Positions 1 through 13,125 of a DNA stretch of 64,000 nucleotides are shown here, piece by piece. The notes beneath the pieces are model-generated. The model was given only the letters and a program-made list of their open reading frames with translations, was not told the DNA's origin and did not search any database. The position numbers were made by a program, and so were the translations under genes. Location: positions 4,588,001-4,652,000 of the forward strand of contig OX597825.1 of NCBI GenBank assembly GCA_951406725.2. The letters are read 5' to 3'. Within the stretch, counting starts at the first letter, position 1. Every line of letters begins with the position of its first letter. This DNA is from Octopus vulgaris. Its lineage: Eukaryota.

Positions 1-38
<38 letters not shown>

Positions 39-898
39 CGTGTGTCTGCATGCGTGTGAGCGTGTGTGCGTGTGTCTACAGATATACTTTTGCTTGTACG
101 TGTTATATTCCTCCTCCATTCTCTGTTAAGTCAGCTAATCAACAATCTGCGAGTATATTGCTGCTGAAAGAGAGCAATCTTTATGAGGAATTTAATGTTG
201 CAGCTTCTAAAAACAACATCACCATCATCACCATCATCACCATCATCATCATCATCATCATCAACAACAACAACTACAACAACTACAAACACAAAAAAGA
301 ACGATAGCAAACAATAGCCAATATCTGCAAAAAAGAGAAAAAAAAGAAAGACGCGCCATGATCATGCTGTTGTGTGATTTCTCATTTTCTCTTATTTATA
401 TATATATATATTTATTTGGCATTTATTTGTATTGTTATTTTTATTGTTATTCTTGCTCTTCTTGTTGTTCTCACGTGTGCAACTTATTGAAAAGCTGATT
501 ATGAACAGTGATGATTTAATCTAAGTTGTTATTTAAGTTTGTTTTTTTTTTGTTTTTGTATATAGTTGCGTTTTTCTATATAATTATTTAAGTCTCTCTC
601 TCACATTCTCTTTGCCACATCTGCCTCTCTCTCTCTCACACACACAGCTTTTCACTTTATATATCTTTCTCTATCATTCTCTCCGTCTCTCTTCATTTCT
701 CTCCCCCCCCCCCCCCCCGCGCCACTCTCACTCCTCCACGTCTGTCTTTTTCTTTACTCGTCTTTAATCAGATTCCTAGGTAGATTCCAGCTGATAAAAA
801 CTTCCTCTGTTCTTTTATTTATGTACATAAATTTGTTTTAATGTGCATACATACATTGCACACATGTGTAGTTACTTAATGTATCTGTACATATATCG

Positions 899-1019
<121 letters not shown>

Positions 1020-2043
1020 GTGTGCATGTATATATGTATGCATGTATATGTGTGCGTGTGCATGTGGTGTGTAAACATATATATTTATAAATATACAAAC
1101 GCGTGTATATATTTATACATACGCATATATGTGTGTGTGATGGTATATTTATATATATATATATACATATATATAAGCATATACATACATACATATATAT
1201 GTATGCAGATATAGAGAGAGATGTAGATATAAACATATATATGTGTGGGGGTGTTTGTGCGTGTATATATATATATATATATGTATGTATTTAAATCCAT
1301 ATGCGTGTATACACACACATTCATAGTAATGCATATATTACATAATTATGTTTATATACACGTAGATATGTACGGAAACGTGTGTACATACGTGTATGAA
1401 GGTTAGCAACATATATGCCTCCATTGTGTAATTAAGGATTATGTAATCTAATTGATATTTCAGTCAAGTGTATATATGTCTAGCAAGACGTGTACAGGAT
1501 TATTAGAATAAATATGATTAAAATTGTATATGATTTAACATCTACACACTTAGCTTTGCAGACATCCATTAATATACACCTGTAAGTGCAGCATACATTT
1601 ATACATTAGTTAAAGTTAACATACCTGGCTACATATAAATATACATGTCTGTATACGTGTGAGTATCTGTATATATATATGTTTGATGTATATTTTTACG
1701 CTTGCCTGTGTTCATATATATGCTTTACTTTATATGCATACACACACACACACAAACACACTCATATATATGTAAGTATATCTGTATATGTATATCTACA
1801 CATATTCTTAAAGATAAAAGAATAGCTACCTATTATTAATACATAGACTCACGCCGATATGCAATGTATACATAATTATAATTGCATTAGTTATGTCTAT
1901 CTGTGTTTATGTGTGTCTAAGTATGTGTATATTCAAAGCTTCGTTTCTACATTAATATATGCGTGTACCTGCGTTCTTTTTATTTTCGTCTCTCTATACA
2001 CGTCTTTGTATATATTATATGTATGCCTACGTGTGTGTGTATA

Positions 2044-2083
<40 letters not shown>

Positions 2084-2099
2084 TATATATATATATACT

Positions 2100-2130
<31 letters not shown>

Positions 2131-2150
2131 GTATATTTATATATATATAT

Positions 2151-2181
<31 letters not shown>

Positions 2182-2211
2182 TATATATATATAAATATAT
2201 AAATATATATG

Positions 2212-2245
<34 letters not shown>

Positions 2246-3678
2246 TATATATATATATGTATATGTGTATTCATTTATGTATAGAGATGAAGCGATAGAA
2301 TTGTAGGTTCTCTCAGGTCTACTCATCTATAAATGTAATTTTAATGATTATCGATTCAGTCTCACCAAACAGTTGGAAACCGATTGCGATGATCGTTGCG
2401 TGTTTCTGCGATTACATTAGCTGTTACGAAATATATTGCAACCATCATATCTTTCTTGTTTCCATTACTCTATCAATGCGCATATCTATAGACATATGAT
2501 CACCTATAATACATTAACATCCACAAACACACACTTGAACAGATTTTACATAAAACCTTTCTACTCTTACATATCTATGATAATCTATTTACATACACAC
2601 AAATACACACACATATGTCTATGCTCCAATGTATTGAGATCCTTCCTAACTACTACAGCTGGTCCATCGCCACGCTCCACACTGAGCTGCTCCGCTTGTT
2701 GCTGTTATGAGGTTAATCCTTTCCTATCGTATATCCAGACTCTATGCCACAAAGGCTAGATTTATGTATGTCATGGGCAATTTACCATTGTTCTTTAGCT
2801 GTTTTGCGTCGTTTTTTTTTCACTTGATCACCCTGTTTCCATCTCATTTTCCTAATCTTAGCTCTAGTGCTCGACAAAATATAACGTGATGTAATTAACT
2901 TTTTACGATGGGTATTTTTCGACGCTCATTTTACATCGCCCCACATATTAGGTCGCATAAACACTCTGCTTCAAAATTGGGAGAATAACAGCGTTGTAGA
3001 GAATAAGTTCGTGTCCCTTGCTGAGAACTTATTTGCTTGAAATCGGGTTTATTAGTCCTTTGCAGATAGCAGATGCCGATGCAATTTGTGTTATCACAGC
3101 ATCTGTAGCTTTTGTTACAAGACAACTAACAAACATCAACTTCGTGACAGCTTCTTGTCCATATTTATCCAGAGTGATCAGTACTTAGTACATTGTTGGG
3201 TTGTTGCAACTTACCTAACATATTTTGATACCCTAACATCTATGGGGTATTTTTATGTGCTTAAGTGTCCCAAAAAAATTCCACGTGACCACTAGTAATT
3301 TCTGACGCTAAATTTGAGAAGATGTGCTTTACAGAAACAAATTGGCTTTAGAAACCGATTATTCCACTACAACGATTTCAGTTGTTTGCTATAAAAACTC
3401 TATACTTTAATGGAGAAATCTGCTTATTTATTAGGTATGTAATAATTACTGAAAGCACTAAAAGAAAGCAATATCAAAAGCCTGACCGTCTGGAAATATT
3501 TTTTTATAAATTCATTTTTCAAGAAATTACCTATAATTTTTTTTTCTGAAGTTTATTGAATATTTTTAGCTCCAAATTCTTGCAAATGTAAATTTTATTG
3601 CATTCACTGCGGTCGATTCTTCATAAACTTAGTAGTAAATTCTCCCGCTTAATATTTTTACGCCCAGGGGATTTTCGC

Positions 3679-4265
3679 CTAAATACAGACTGCGTAAATA
3701 GAGACGAGAAACCACCACATATCCACCTCTGGCAGGACGCCTGCCTCTGTAATTCCTACCACCCCTTCCTCGCTGATTTCCTTGGTACCACGAATCGCCA
3801 CAGAGTTCTCGATAGCTAGCTCCTCGGTCTTAAACAGGACCTCGACTCCGCCGAACTGCCTCGCTCTCGCTACGAGGTCGACGCCCTGCCATATATCCTT
3901 CAAGGCCCTTTCCACATGGTCGCTTCCATTTACCTTCGAACCATTTACTAGTTTTTCCATTTTATTTTCCAAGGAGATGGTGAAAAATTCTCTCGCTGCC
4001 GTAATATTTGCAAATGTCCCTTTACTACTATTTCTATTGATACCAGACGCTGCCTTTGTTACTATTTTTGCTGCTACTATTTTCATCAAAACCGCTTCGG
4101 CTTGTTCCACCTGCATGTTGAAAAGAAAACTTATTTCCCATCTTCCTCTTGTCTGTCTTCTTTTTTTATCTCTTCTCTTCTCCTTCATTCCTCTATTCTT
4201 GCTGTCTACAGACAGTCATGGTGGAGAGGACAGGGAAATCTTTGTGCAATCTGCTGTTCTACATT
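3679..4265 (-). mobile_element. GC-richer fragment resembling the 5' UTR and ORF1 start of a non-LTR retrotransposon, 3'-truncated
   Basis: Non-repetitive 169-aa ORF (TFANITAA...QFGGVEVLFKTEELA) in an island of higher GC with sharp borders. It resembles L1/Tx1-type ORF1 N-termini, but no diagnostic motif is present. Confidence 0.45.
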
Positions 4266-4516
4266 CATTCTTCACTCCTACTATCCGTCACCATGTTCAA
4301 TGTTTGTATTTTCGAAGAAATTTTCGAAAAATTTTGAAACAAAAAAAGGGTTGTATACTGAACCCCACCCAACTGGGGCTTTGATCCACAAAAGTCTGCT
4401 GCCAGAAAAGCAGCTGGCTTGCAAAGCAATTTCAACAGCAAAAATGAGGTATAAAACCATTTAAACGAGAGAAATTTACACAAACTTATAGCGCTCCAAA
4501 ACAACACATCCAGGTT

Positions 4517-4530
4517 TAATAATAATAATG

Positions 4531-4628
<98 letters not shown>
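4517..4628. repeat. (AAT)n directly followed by (ATT)n, a self-complementary microsatellite junction
   Basis: Read directly from the sequence. Confidence 0.95.
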
Positions 4629-4940
4629 TCAAAATACAAAGACCTGGAAATAGAGGTAACCAGAATGTGGAATCTAAAAACAGAAACAATTCCTATCATA
4701 GTAGGTGCATTAGGCATGATAAAAAAATATTCAGAAAAATACATAACAAAAACAGCAGGACTTACAAACACATATAACATACAGAAAATTGCACTACTAG
4801 GCACTGCACACATCCTACGCAGAACACTTTCCATACAATAACCATCAGAGCATCACAACAAATCACAGCACATACCCAAGGCACACAGAGCTGCGCTCGG
4901 TAGTGAAGTGAAAGCACGCTATAAAAATAAAACTACTGAA
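4629..4940 (+). mobile_element. 3' end of an R4/Dong-type (restriction-like endonuclease, RLE) non-LTR retrotransposon
   Basis: 4629-4841 translates to SKYKDLEIEVTRMWNLKTETIPIIVGALGMIKKYSEKYITKTAGLTNTYNIQKIALLGTAHILRRTLSIQ*, the typical RLE C-terminus (KY.DL...PIIVGALG...QK.ALLGTA.ILR). A short 3' UTR follows and ends in TAA-like repeats. Confidence 0.85.
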
Positions 4941-6017
4941 TGATAATAATGATAATAATATAACGCAGTACAGATATCAGCCTTGCACGTATGGTACACT
5001 GCGAAGTAGATGACAGAGATGAAATGTTTGGGAATTTCAAAGAAACAACGAACAAATTAGGCGTATTTGACGGCCACGGGTCTCCGAAAACAGAATCGGG
5101 GCGGGGGGTTACGCTCTGTGTGCATATGTGTAGAGTGGGAATAGAAATGTTAAATAGTCAAACGGTTAACAAGTATATGAACAAAGTACATGAAATATGA
5201 AGACAAACTATGGCTACTTGAAGCTGACAGCCTGAAAAATATTGGTCAAGACAGTTTGTGTAATGGAGGGTAAGAGATAAAAAAAACGAACAGGTCAATA
5301 ACTGACGTAACGCACCTATAAACACAGATGAATAATTTCAATGTTAGAACGATGGTTTTACTAATGAAATTGTACGCTATCGAAATTCAATATCAGAAGT
5401 CCCGGTGGCTAGTTTGTTATTATAAGTAATAAAAAAAATGGAAGACATAGACGTTTCCAAAAGACATTACGCATAACTTGGTAACTATACAATATAAAAT
5501 CAACGAAAGTTGAAAACGCAACAAAAAAAAGGGTGGGAGATTTTCTTTTACAAATACACAAAAATTCTTATGTTATAAAATTATCTTAACATAATGAAAA
5601 TTTAATTCAGACTTGAGATCGGAGTGCTTCACATTGTTCTTACATCTAATAAAGCAAAGTTGAATAGATTTTTATAGTAACCCGATTGTTAAAAAAAAAA
5701 AAGAAACAGGAACATCAAGTGATGACTTTAATGAACATCGGTGACTTTAAATCTCACTTTGAGTGGAGGGCCGATGAAAAATAATGAGAGCAATTCCTGT
5801 ATTCCTCAAGACTGTACGAATTATGAAAGAGATCTGCAGCAACACATCGTGTGTAGTGGTAATAGAGAAACAGCTAATAAACTGTTTGGAAGAAAGTTTA
5901 AACCTGTCACAAGATCCTATACCATCCCCCATATATATTAGAATCGTTATGTTACTTGATATGAGAAGTCACAATAAATTAGATAAAAGATCGCCATTCA
6001 TTGGTTATATATATATA

Positions 6018-6909
6018 CAGGGGTTGGACAAAATAATGGAAACACCTTAAAATTTCAAACAAATATATTCTAATACGGGGCAGGACCACGTTTGGCAGTA
6101 ATTACAGCTTCAATTCTCAGAGGTATGGATTCGTACAAAGTTTAAATTGTTTCCAAAGGAATTTTTGTCCATTCGCCTGCTAAAACAGCCTCCAGTTCTT
6201 GTAGTAATCATGGTGGAAGATATCGACTCCTTGTTTTTCTAGAATGCACCATGTGTTCAATAATATTGAGACTGTGGTGGCCAGGTAAGATGCTCATATT
6301 CACTGCAATGTTCCTCGATCCATTCAGTAACAACTTTAGCTGAGTGAAGTGGTGCATTATCATCCTGAAAGATTGCTTTTCCCTCCGGTAACAGTTCCGC
6401 AACCATAGAATGAATTTGATCAGATGAAATGCTTAGTGTTGACTATTAATTTTGCCAGGAAGTGAAACCATTGGGCCGGCGGATTACCAAGGTATACCGC
6501 CCCCTCACACACACACACACCAGATCATCACAGATTCTCCTCCATGTTTAACAGTTGGAAGAAGGCAGTCTGGGTCAAATTCTTCTTTTGGCTGTCTCCA
6601 CATGTATACTCGACCAATGGTTGGAAATAAGATAAAGGATGACTCGTCCGAGAAAATAACATTCTTCCACTGCTGTAGGGATCAATTCTGTAGGTTTTTA
6701 CTCCAGTGATTGAAAAGTCCGATAGATCTGTCATTTTAATGAATTTTAATTACCTTTATCTGATGATATCTGAAAATAAACAGCAATTTTAGCAACACTA
6801 GTAATAAATTTAAAAATAAAAATAAAAATAAGCTTTTGACGGTTTTACTGATATTTCAAAATTACAATGCTGTGATGCTAGGTGTTTCCATTATTTTGTC
6901 CAACCCTTG
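6018..6909 (-). mobile_element. Tc1-family DNA transposon, internally deleted, with degraded transposase
   Basis: 30-bp TIRs CAGGGGTTGGACAAAATAATGGAAACACCT with one mismatch, flanked by TA on both sides. Minus-strand motifs QWKNVIFSDESSF, FQDDNAPLHSAKVV and LNIIEHM (SPDLNxIE-like). Confidence 0.92.
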
Positions 6910-7012
6910 TATATATAGGGAAGCTTTATGAAAATAAACAAAAGACGAAGGCAGGTGGAGTACACACAAACAAGTGTATTAGTATGGCGCTCAGGAATAT
7001 AAATAAAACAAG

Positions 7013-7051
7013 TCTTTTACGTTTCGAGCCTACGCTCTTCAACAGAAAAGA
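7013..7051 (-). ncRNA. Minimal type I hammerhead-like motif with a core variant
   Basis: Minus strand reads tctttt-CTGTTGA-a-GAGC gtag GCTC-GAAA-cg-TA-aaaga. The core is CUGUUGA instead of CUGANGA. Confidence 0.5.
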
Positions 7052-7180
7052 AACACGGAGAAAAACAAGGAGAGGAAAAAAAATGCGTGCAGAAGCTAGC
7101 GATTCATGTATGTATGTATATATATATAGAGAGAGAGAGAAAAAAAAAGAAACAAAAAAAGAAAAAAAGAAAGAAAGAAA

Positions 7181-7390
7181 GAAAATGGAGAAAGATTGAT
7201 ACATGAATAATTTATTTGTATAAAATAAAGATGTTGAAATTATTTTATAATAGCAATACAAATAAATTATAAGTTGCAAAGCTCAAAAACAAATGACAGA
7301 TGTCATCATTGTTATTGTTATTTCAAAACATTTTCAACATCTTTATATCACACAAATAAATTATTCATGCATCCATTTTTCTCCATTTTC
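7181..7390. repeat. Imperfect inverted repeat with arms of about 80 bp (about 7181-7260 and 7305-7390)
   Basis: gaaaatggagaaa...catgaataatttatttgt...taaagatgttgaaa pairs with tttcaacatcttta...acaaataaattattcatg...tttctccattttc. Confidence 0.8.
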
Positions 7391-7939
7391 TGTCCATCAA
7401 TATTAATAATATATATTACTACAATAATCCCTAACATATCGCCGAGACTTTCACAACATTATATGATTGTAATTAACCAGTGAAAGTTTCAGGATTATAT
7501 AATCGCTAAGGTGGCTCAAACATCCTCTGCCAGCGAAAATGCCAGCTCAAAAATGGGAGTCTTGGCCAAAAGTAAAAAGTCCATGGTCAAAACAACGTAT
7601 GGATTTTGCGGGTCCGTTAAATTGTTATTTCGACTTTGTAGTATTTGATAGTTTTACATAATGGTCGGAAAACAATTGAAGAGATTCATTGAAAATGAAC
7701 CAGAGAGATTAGTTTAGTGGAGCCCTTGCGTTGTGTATATTCGGTATATATAATATTTATAGTAGTTTATCATTTCCCACTGCAAATTTAGCGTAAAAAC
7801 AAAATATATGCATTGTGCATGTGCATCTGATAATGTTAACATTCTTGATCTGATTTTAATTCCTAATTTCCTAGACACACGCACACACACAAACACACAT
7901 ATACATGTGTGTGTATTTGATTGAGAGATAGATATACAA

Positions 7940-8016
<77 letters not shown>

Positions 8017-8053
8017 AACACACACCACATACAAGCACAGACATATATATATA

Positions 8054-8192
<139 letters not shown>

Positions 8193-8988
8193 GTAGATAG
8201 ATAGATATGTAATATTATGAGAGCCGTTTTAGTCGTGACTACCATTCTTATTGCGTGAAGTCTTAGAACGTGACGTTTGGCTATATCTAGGGAATTACAT
8301 TATCGAATGGGATCACCCTCTCCCCAATCTTCAGATATTTGGGTGTGTTTGCTGGAGAATTTGCCATTGTTAATTCAACCTAGGTGAAGAGACCATGTTA
8401 GGAGACCCCCTTTCACTTGCTGGTACGTGAAGATTAAGAACAGGAAGAGGCGAAAAAATATACGAACTCTGGAATGAGTATATAAAAGCGATAATTCTTC
8501 ATTCTCATCAACTGGATATAATTGGAGAAGATAGAACTAACTGGAAATAATGGGCAAGATAGACTTTCAGGCAACCAATTATAGTGAACAAATATTCTTG
8601 AAGCGACGATGCCAAATTATATCATCTTGCCAAAACAATCAATAAGCCACATTTAGCAAAAATATCATGAAGAATTGAATCTTCATTTATTTATTATTTT
8701 TCTTTTTTTTAGCTATTTGGTTTCGCCTTTTAGATTTTCTTCTTGTTTTCGCTGAATCATTCTATTATTGAATCGAATGAATATTAAATATTTACAATGG
8801 TACTACGTACACATTGAAGATTGAGCCCTTCTTTTGCCACATCCACCACTGGCCCCTACCTCTCCTACAGCTAGCCACCAACGAATATGTGTATGTGTAT
8901 GTGAGAGAGAAACTAGAAAAACAATTATCCTGACTAAACTTGGCCTGACTTGACTTCATTTGGTTTAATAATCTTTTGTTTACCTTAA

Positions 8989-9019
<31 letters not shown>

Positions 9020-9375
9020 AGTATGTATACATACACACACACATATATATATATATACATACATACATCTAAATATATATATCTAGATATACATACACAT
9101 ATATATGTACATATATATAAACATATACATATCTATATATGTATACATATACACATATAGAGACACACACACATATGTTGTTATATATATATATATATAT
9201 GTGGATGTATGCGTGTGCGTGTGTGTATTTTATTGCTCTTGTTTTAATGTTATTTATTCCACGTAACACTTACCTCTCTCTTGTATAAGTATGTATGCAT
9301 ATATATACGTGTATACATATATATATGATCTATATATATATGTTTTTGTATATATATATTTTATGTGTATATGTA

Positions 9376-9432
<57 letters not shown>

Positions 9433-9443
9433 ATGTATATACG

Positions 9444-9474
<31 letters not shown>

Positions 9475-10294
9475 TATGTGTGTGTGTATGTATATATATA
9501 TATATATATATATGTTTGTATTTTATGTATATAGATATAGTAAGATGGTGAGAGAGAGAGAAAAAGGCACATATATAATATGTATAATGCCTATATATAC
9601 TTATATATAAATACAAAGACACCTCAGACACACCCACACACATACGCACGCGCGCACCAAACCACGCACACATATACACATACACACATACACACACACA
9701 CATATGAAAGCTATGATACCACAAGTATGCACTTTTTTTTCTGATTTATTAGCAATGGAATTCTTAACAGTGATTCTGTTTATTGCAATATATGAACTAA
9801 TATTTGCCTTCGTTCATATTTTTTTAAAGAAAAGTGTTTAAGGTTGGCATTCAATTTTTTTCAGTTGTGTTTTCTTTTTCGACAACCTATGATGCTCTTC
9901 ATCCATAACCTAGGGTCACAAACATGCCCCTAGTTAATCCCAGTCGTGACATGATGTATGGAATAACAGCCTCATCTCGCACCATCACAAATCAGTATTT
10001 TTACCTTCCCCCTATCGGCAGTTGTTATTTCAATCATTTTTTTTAATTCTCTTTCGACAATTCTTTTTCTCAATCATTGTCTTTTGGATGCTCTGCGGTG
10101 CAACCTTGATCAATTTATTCGAGGAAATTGACCCCATCAGACCTGGTACTTATGTTTTAACTCTCTTTTACGGAACTACAACGTTATATACACTTAATGA
10201 AAATGATATACATATACGAAAACGGAGATTCAAAAACAAAAACAATGAGATACACAAACACACTTACACGCTCATACATGCATATATACATAAA

Positions 10295-10446
10295 GGATGT
10301 GTAGTAAGAAGCTTGCTTCTCAACCACATGTCTCCGGGTTCAGTTCAGCTGCGTGGTACCTTGAGAAAATGTCTTATATTCTCGACTCGGGACGACGAAA
10401 CTTTTGTGAGTGAATTTTGTAAACGGAAATTGAAAAATCTCCATCA
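10295..10446 (+). mobile_element. tRNA-derived CORE-type SINE, 5' part
   Basis: Similar to the copy at 48184 (agcttgctt...caaccacatg..ccgggttcagt...ggtaccttg...gtgagtgaattt...acggaaattgaaa). Confidence 0.75.
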
Positions 10447-10715
10447 TATATATAAGTTCAGCAAAATTTAGATTCAGATGAATTTGGTACTTAAGTTAAA
10501 GGCACCAGAATTTGGTATGGTATTATCCATATAAATCAAATGGGGTGATTATGATTAAAATAAGCAACAAGGATGTCCAAGGTAGTGCAGTACAATCGTT
10601 TCAGTCTACTTCATTTTATTAAACAACGTAAGTATACTTACATTGTTTAATATAATGAAGTAGCATGAAACGATTGTACTACACTACCTTGGACATCCTT
10701 GTTGTTTATTTTGAG
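10447..10715. mobile_element. Head-to-head pair of Penelope-like terminal-repeat fragments
   Basis: Palindrome centred on gtaagta|tacttac (10634/10635). Both arms match the repeat at 35900-36082 and carry the 3' half of the hammerhead (GAAACGATTGTA). Confidence 0.8.
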
Positions 10716-10729
10716 TGTGTGTATATATA

Positions 10730-10813
<84 letters not shown>

Positions 10814-11607
10814 GACGTCTTCCTCGCACGTATTCCGATTACCAAATTCATCTGTATAGCATTGATCGACTTGTATCTTTTTTAGAAGACATTTGCCCAA
10901 CCGTCGACCGAATGTAGTGATAGCAAATTTGATATTGAATCTGTAAACAAATTCTCTCCCTGTGTTTCTATTTATTTGTGGCATCGGGTGTTTTATAACG
11001 TCGTATTTTCAGTCAAACATGAACTACATCGATTAAAGTTCTTATTTTATATGACTGGTTGCTCATGATAAATTAGTTCAAATATAATGAAATAGTGTAT
11101 CTAGACCTCTTAAATTCACACCGTATTTTTATGTATTAATTAATCGTTTTAATGATAATGTTTCTATTTTCAAAGTCCAAACATCTGCAGAATTTAGAAT
11201 GGAAGCAAAGTCGTATTTCATTATTTCCTCACTCTCTTTTACTCTCTCTCTCCCTGAACATATGTGTGTGCATGAGTGCATGCGTGTACATATGTGTTGC
11301 TTGTGTGAGTGTGTGTCTATGTATATGTGTTTCTGTGTGTATGTGTGTGTCTGCGCGCGGGTTTGTGTGTGGAAATATGCACATTCATATTTGGTCTGTA
11401 GTTTTATTAAAAATGAATTCATAATTTCCAAGCAGTGAGCTGGTAGAATTATTAGCATCCGGGCAAATTGCTTCGCGGCATTTCGTCTGCAGCTACATTC
11501 TGAGATCAAATTCCATCATGGTTGACTTTGCCTATCGGAATCGATAAAATAAGTACAAGGATGATTCATTATAAGCCAACCAGTGATTATCAGGTGGTGC
11601 CCAGCAA

Positions 11608-12006
11608 GTCGGCGAGTTGACAGAAACGTTAGAATGCCGATATTTCGTCTGCCGCTACGTTCTGAGTTCAAATTCCGCCGAGGTCAACTTTACCTTTCAT
11701 CCTTTCGAGGTCGATTAAATAAGTACCAGTTACGCACCGGGGTCGATATAATCGACTTAATCCGTTTGTCTGTCCTTGTTTGTCCCCTCTATGTTTAGCC
11801 CCTTGTGGGTAGTAAAGAAATAGGTATTTCGTCTGCCGCTACGTTCTGAGTTCAAATTCCTCCGAGGTCGACTTTGCCTTTCATCCTTTCGGGGTCGATA
11901 AATTAAGTACCAGTTGCATACTGGGGGCGATATAATCGACTTAATCCCTTTGTCTGTCCTTGATTGTTCCCTCTATGTTTAGCCTCTTATGGGTAATAAA
12001 GAAATA
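11608..12006 (+). mobile_element. tRNA-derived SINE (octopus OK-like), dimeric form
   Basis: A-box-like ggcgagttgacagaa and B-box gagttcaaattcc, plus the body ctttcatcctttcggggtcgat..aagtacc. The unit from the B box onward is repeated. A probable TSD tatcaggtggtgccc lies at 11588-11602 and 12007-12021. Confidence 0.88.
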
Positions 12007-13032
12007 TATCAGGTGGTGCCCCGCCTGATATATAGAAAGAGCAGTGAAATCATCTTCAAATCCTACTCCCGTGCCAGACAGACGGAAGGCCACATTAAAG
12101 CCGAGTGTTCTAAAAACTATCAAAATGTACAACCCGGCAAGTATAGGAGCGGAATAAAGATTTTCTCGATCTGATTTGACCTAGGGTTAATCAACAACAC
12201 CAAATGATTTACTATAAAGAGAGATAGTTACGAATTGTGATAACGGTAAATTGTTACTAAACATCCATTAGTCGTTAGAAAACTGGTATCTCTGGATCAG
12301 TTTATTCTTTATTGATTCTGCTAAATGCCAAAGTTTCAATTGAATTTTGAATAAATTGTGGAAATAATTGGGAAAGTTATGTCAGTTTGTGTCATTAATG
12401 TCATTTCAAGCGTTATTAATTCGTATCGTGTCACACAGATAATTTGATTTGTAAAATATTTTTTGAGCATCCATATTTTAGATGCTCCTGAATTTCATTT
12501 CATTCTCTAAAGAGTTGTAACGTATGGCTGCATTCATTGATAGAATAAAGGAGTGATGTCCCATAATACGGTTTCGCTCCAAATAGGTGACCCTGTCCCT
12601 GTAAGCTTTTCAACTAAACACATACGGGAGGTGCTGTTGCTCTTGTTCTTATTTAGCCCCAGGTTACACGTTATCCAGTAGACGTTTGCATTAATAGTGT
12701 TACCGTCATTATCTTTTTAATGATATTGCCTTTTCCATTTGGCGGTTCATTTTTGACAGCCAGTGGACTGTGGTTTTGCCGGAGCACAGCCCTGAAGCGT
12801 TTAGGCAAACGTATTGTCCCCATTTATTTTGCTATTATTATCACTTCTGGTATTTATTCTATCAGTCTTTTTTTTTTGGCAAACCGCTTAGATGAAGGTG
12901 ACATAAACAAACCACTACCAGTTATCAAACTGTGGTGGACACAGTCACAAAAGTGCACACACACACACAAATATATATAAGTAAATATAGATAGATAAAT
13001 AAATCGATGGATAAACAGATAAACACACATAT

Positions 13033-13125
<93 letters not shown>

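Noticed and set aside
12060-12120. GHIKAEC zinc-knuckle-like peptide
   Set aside because: The first cysteines are missing and the match is too short.
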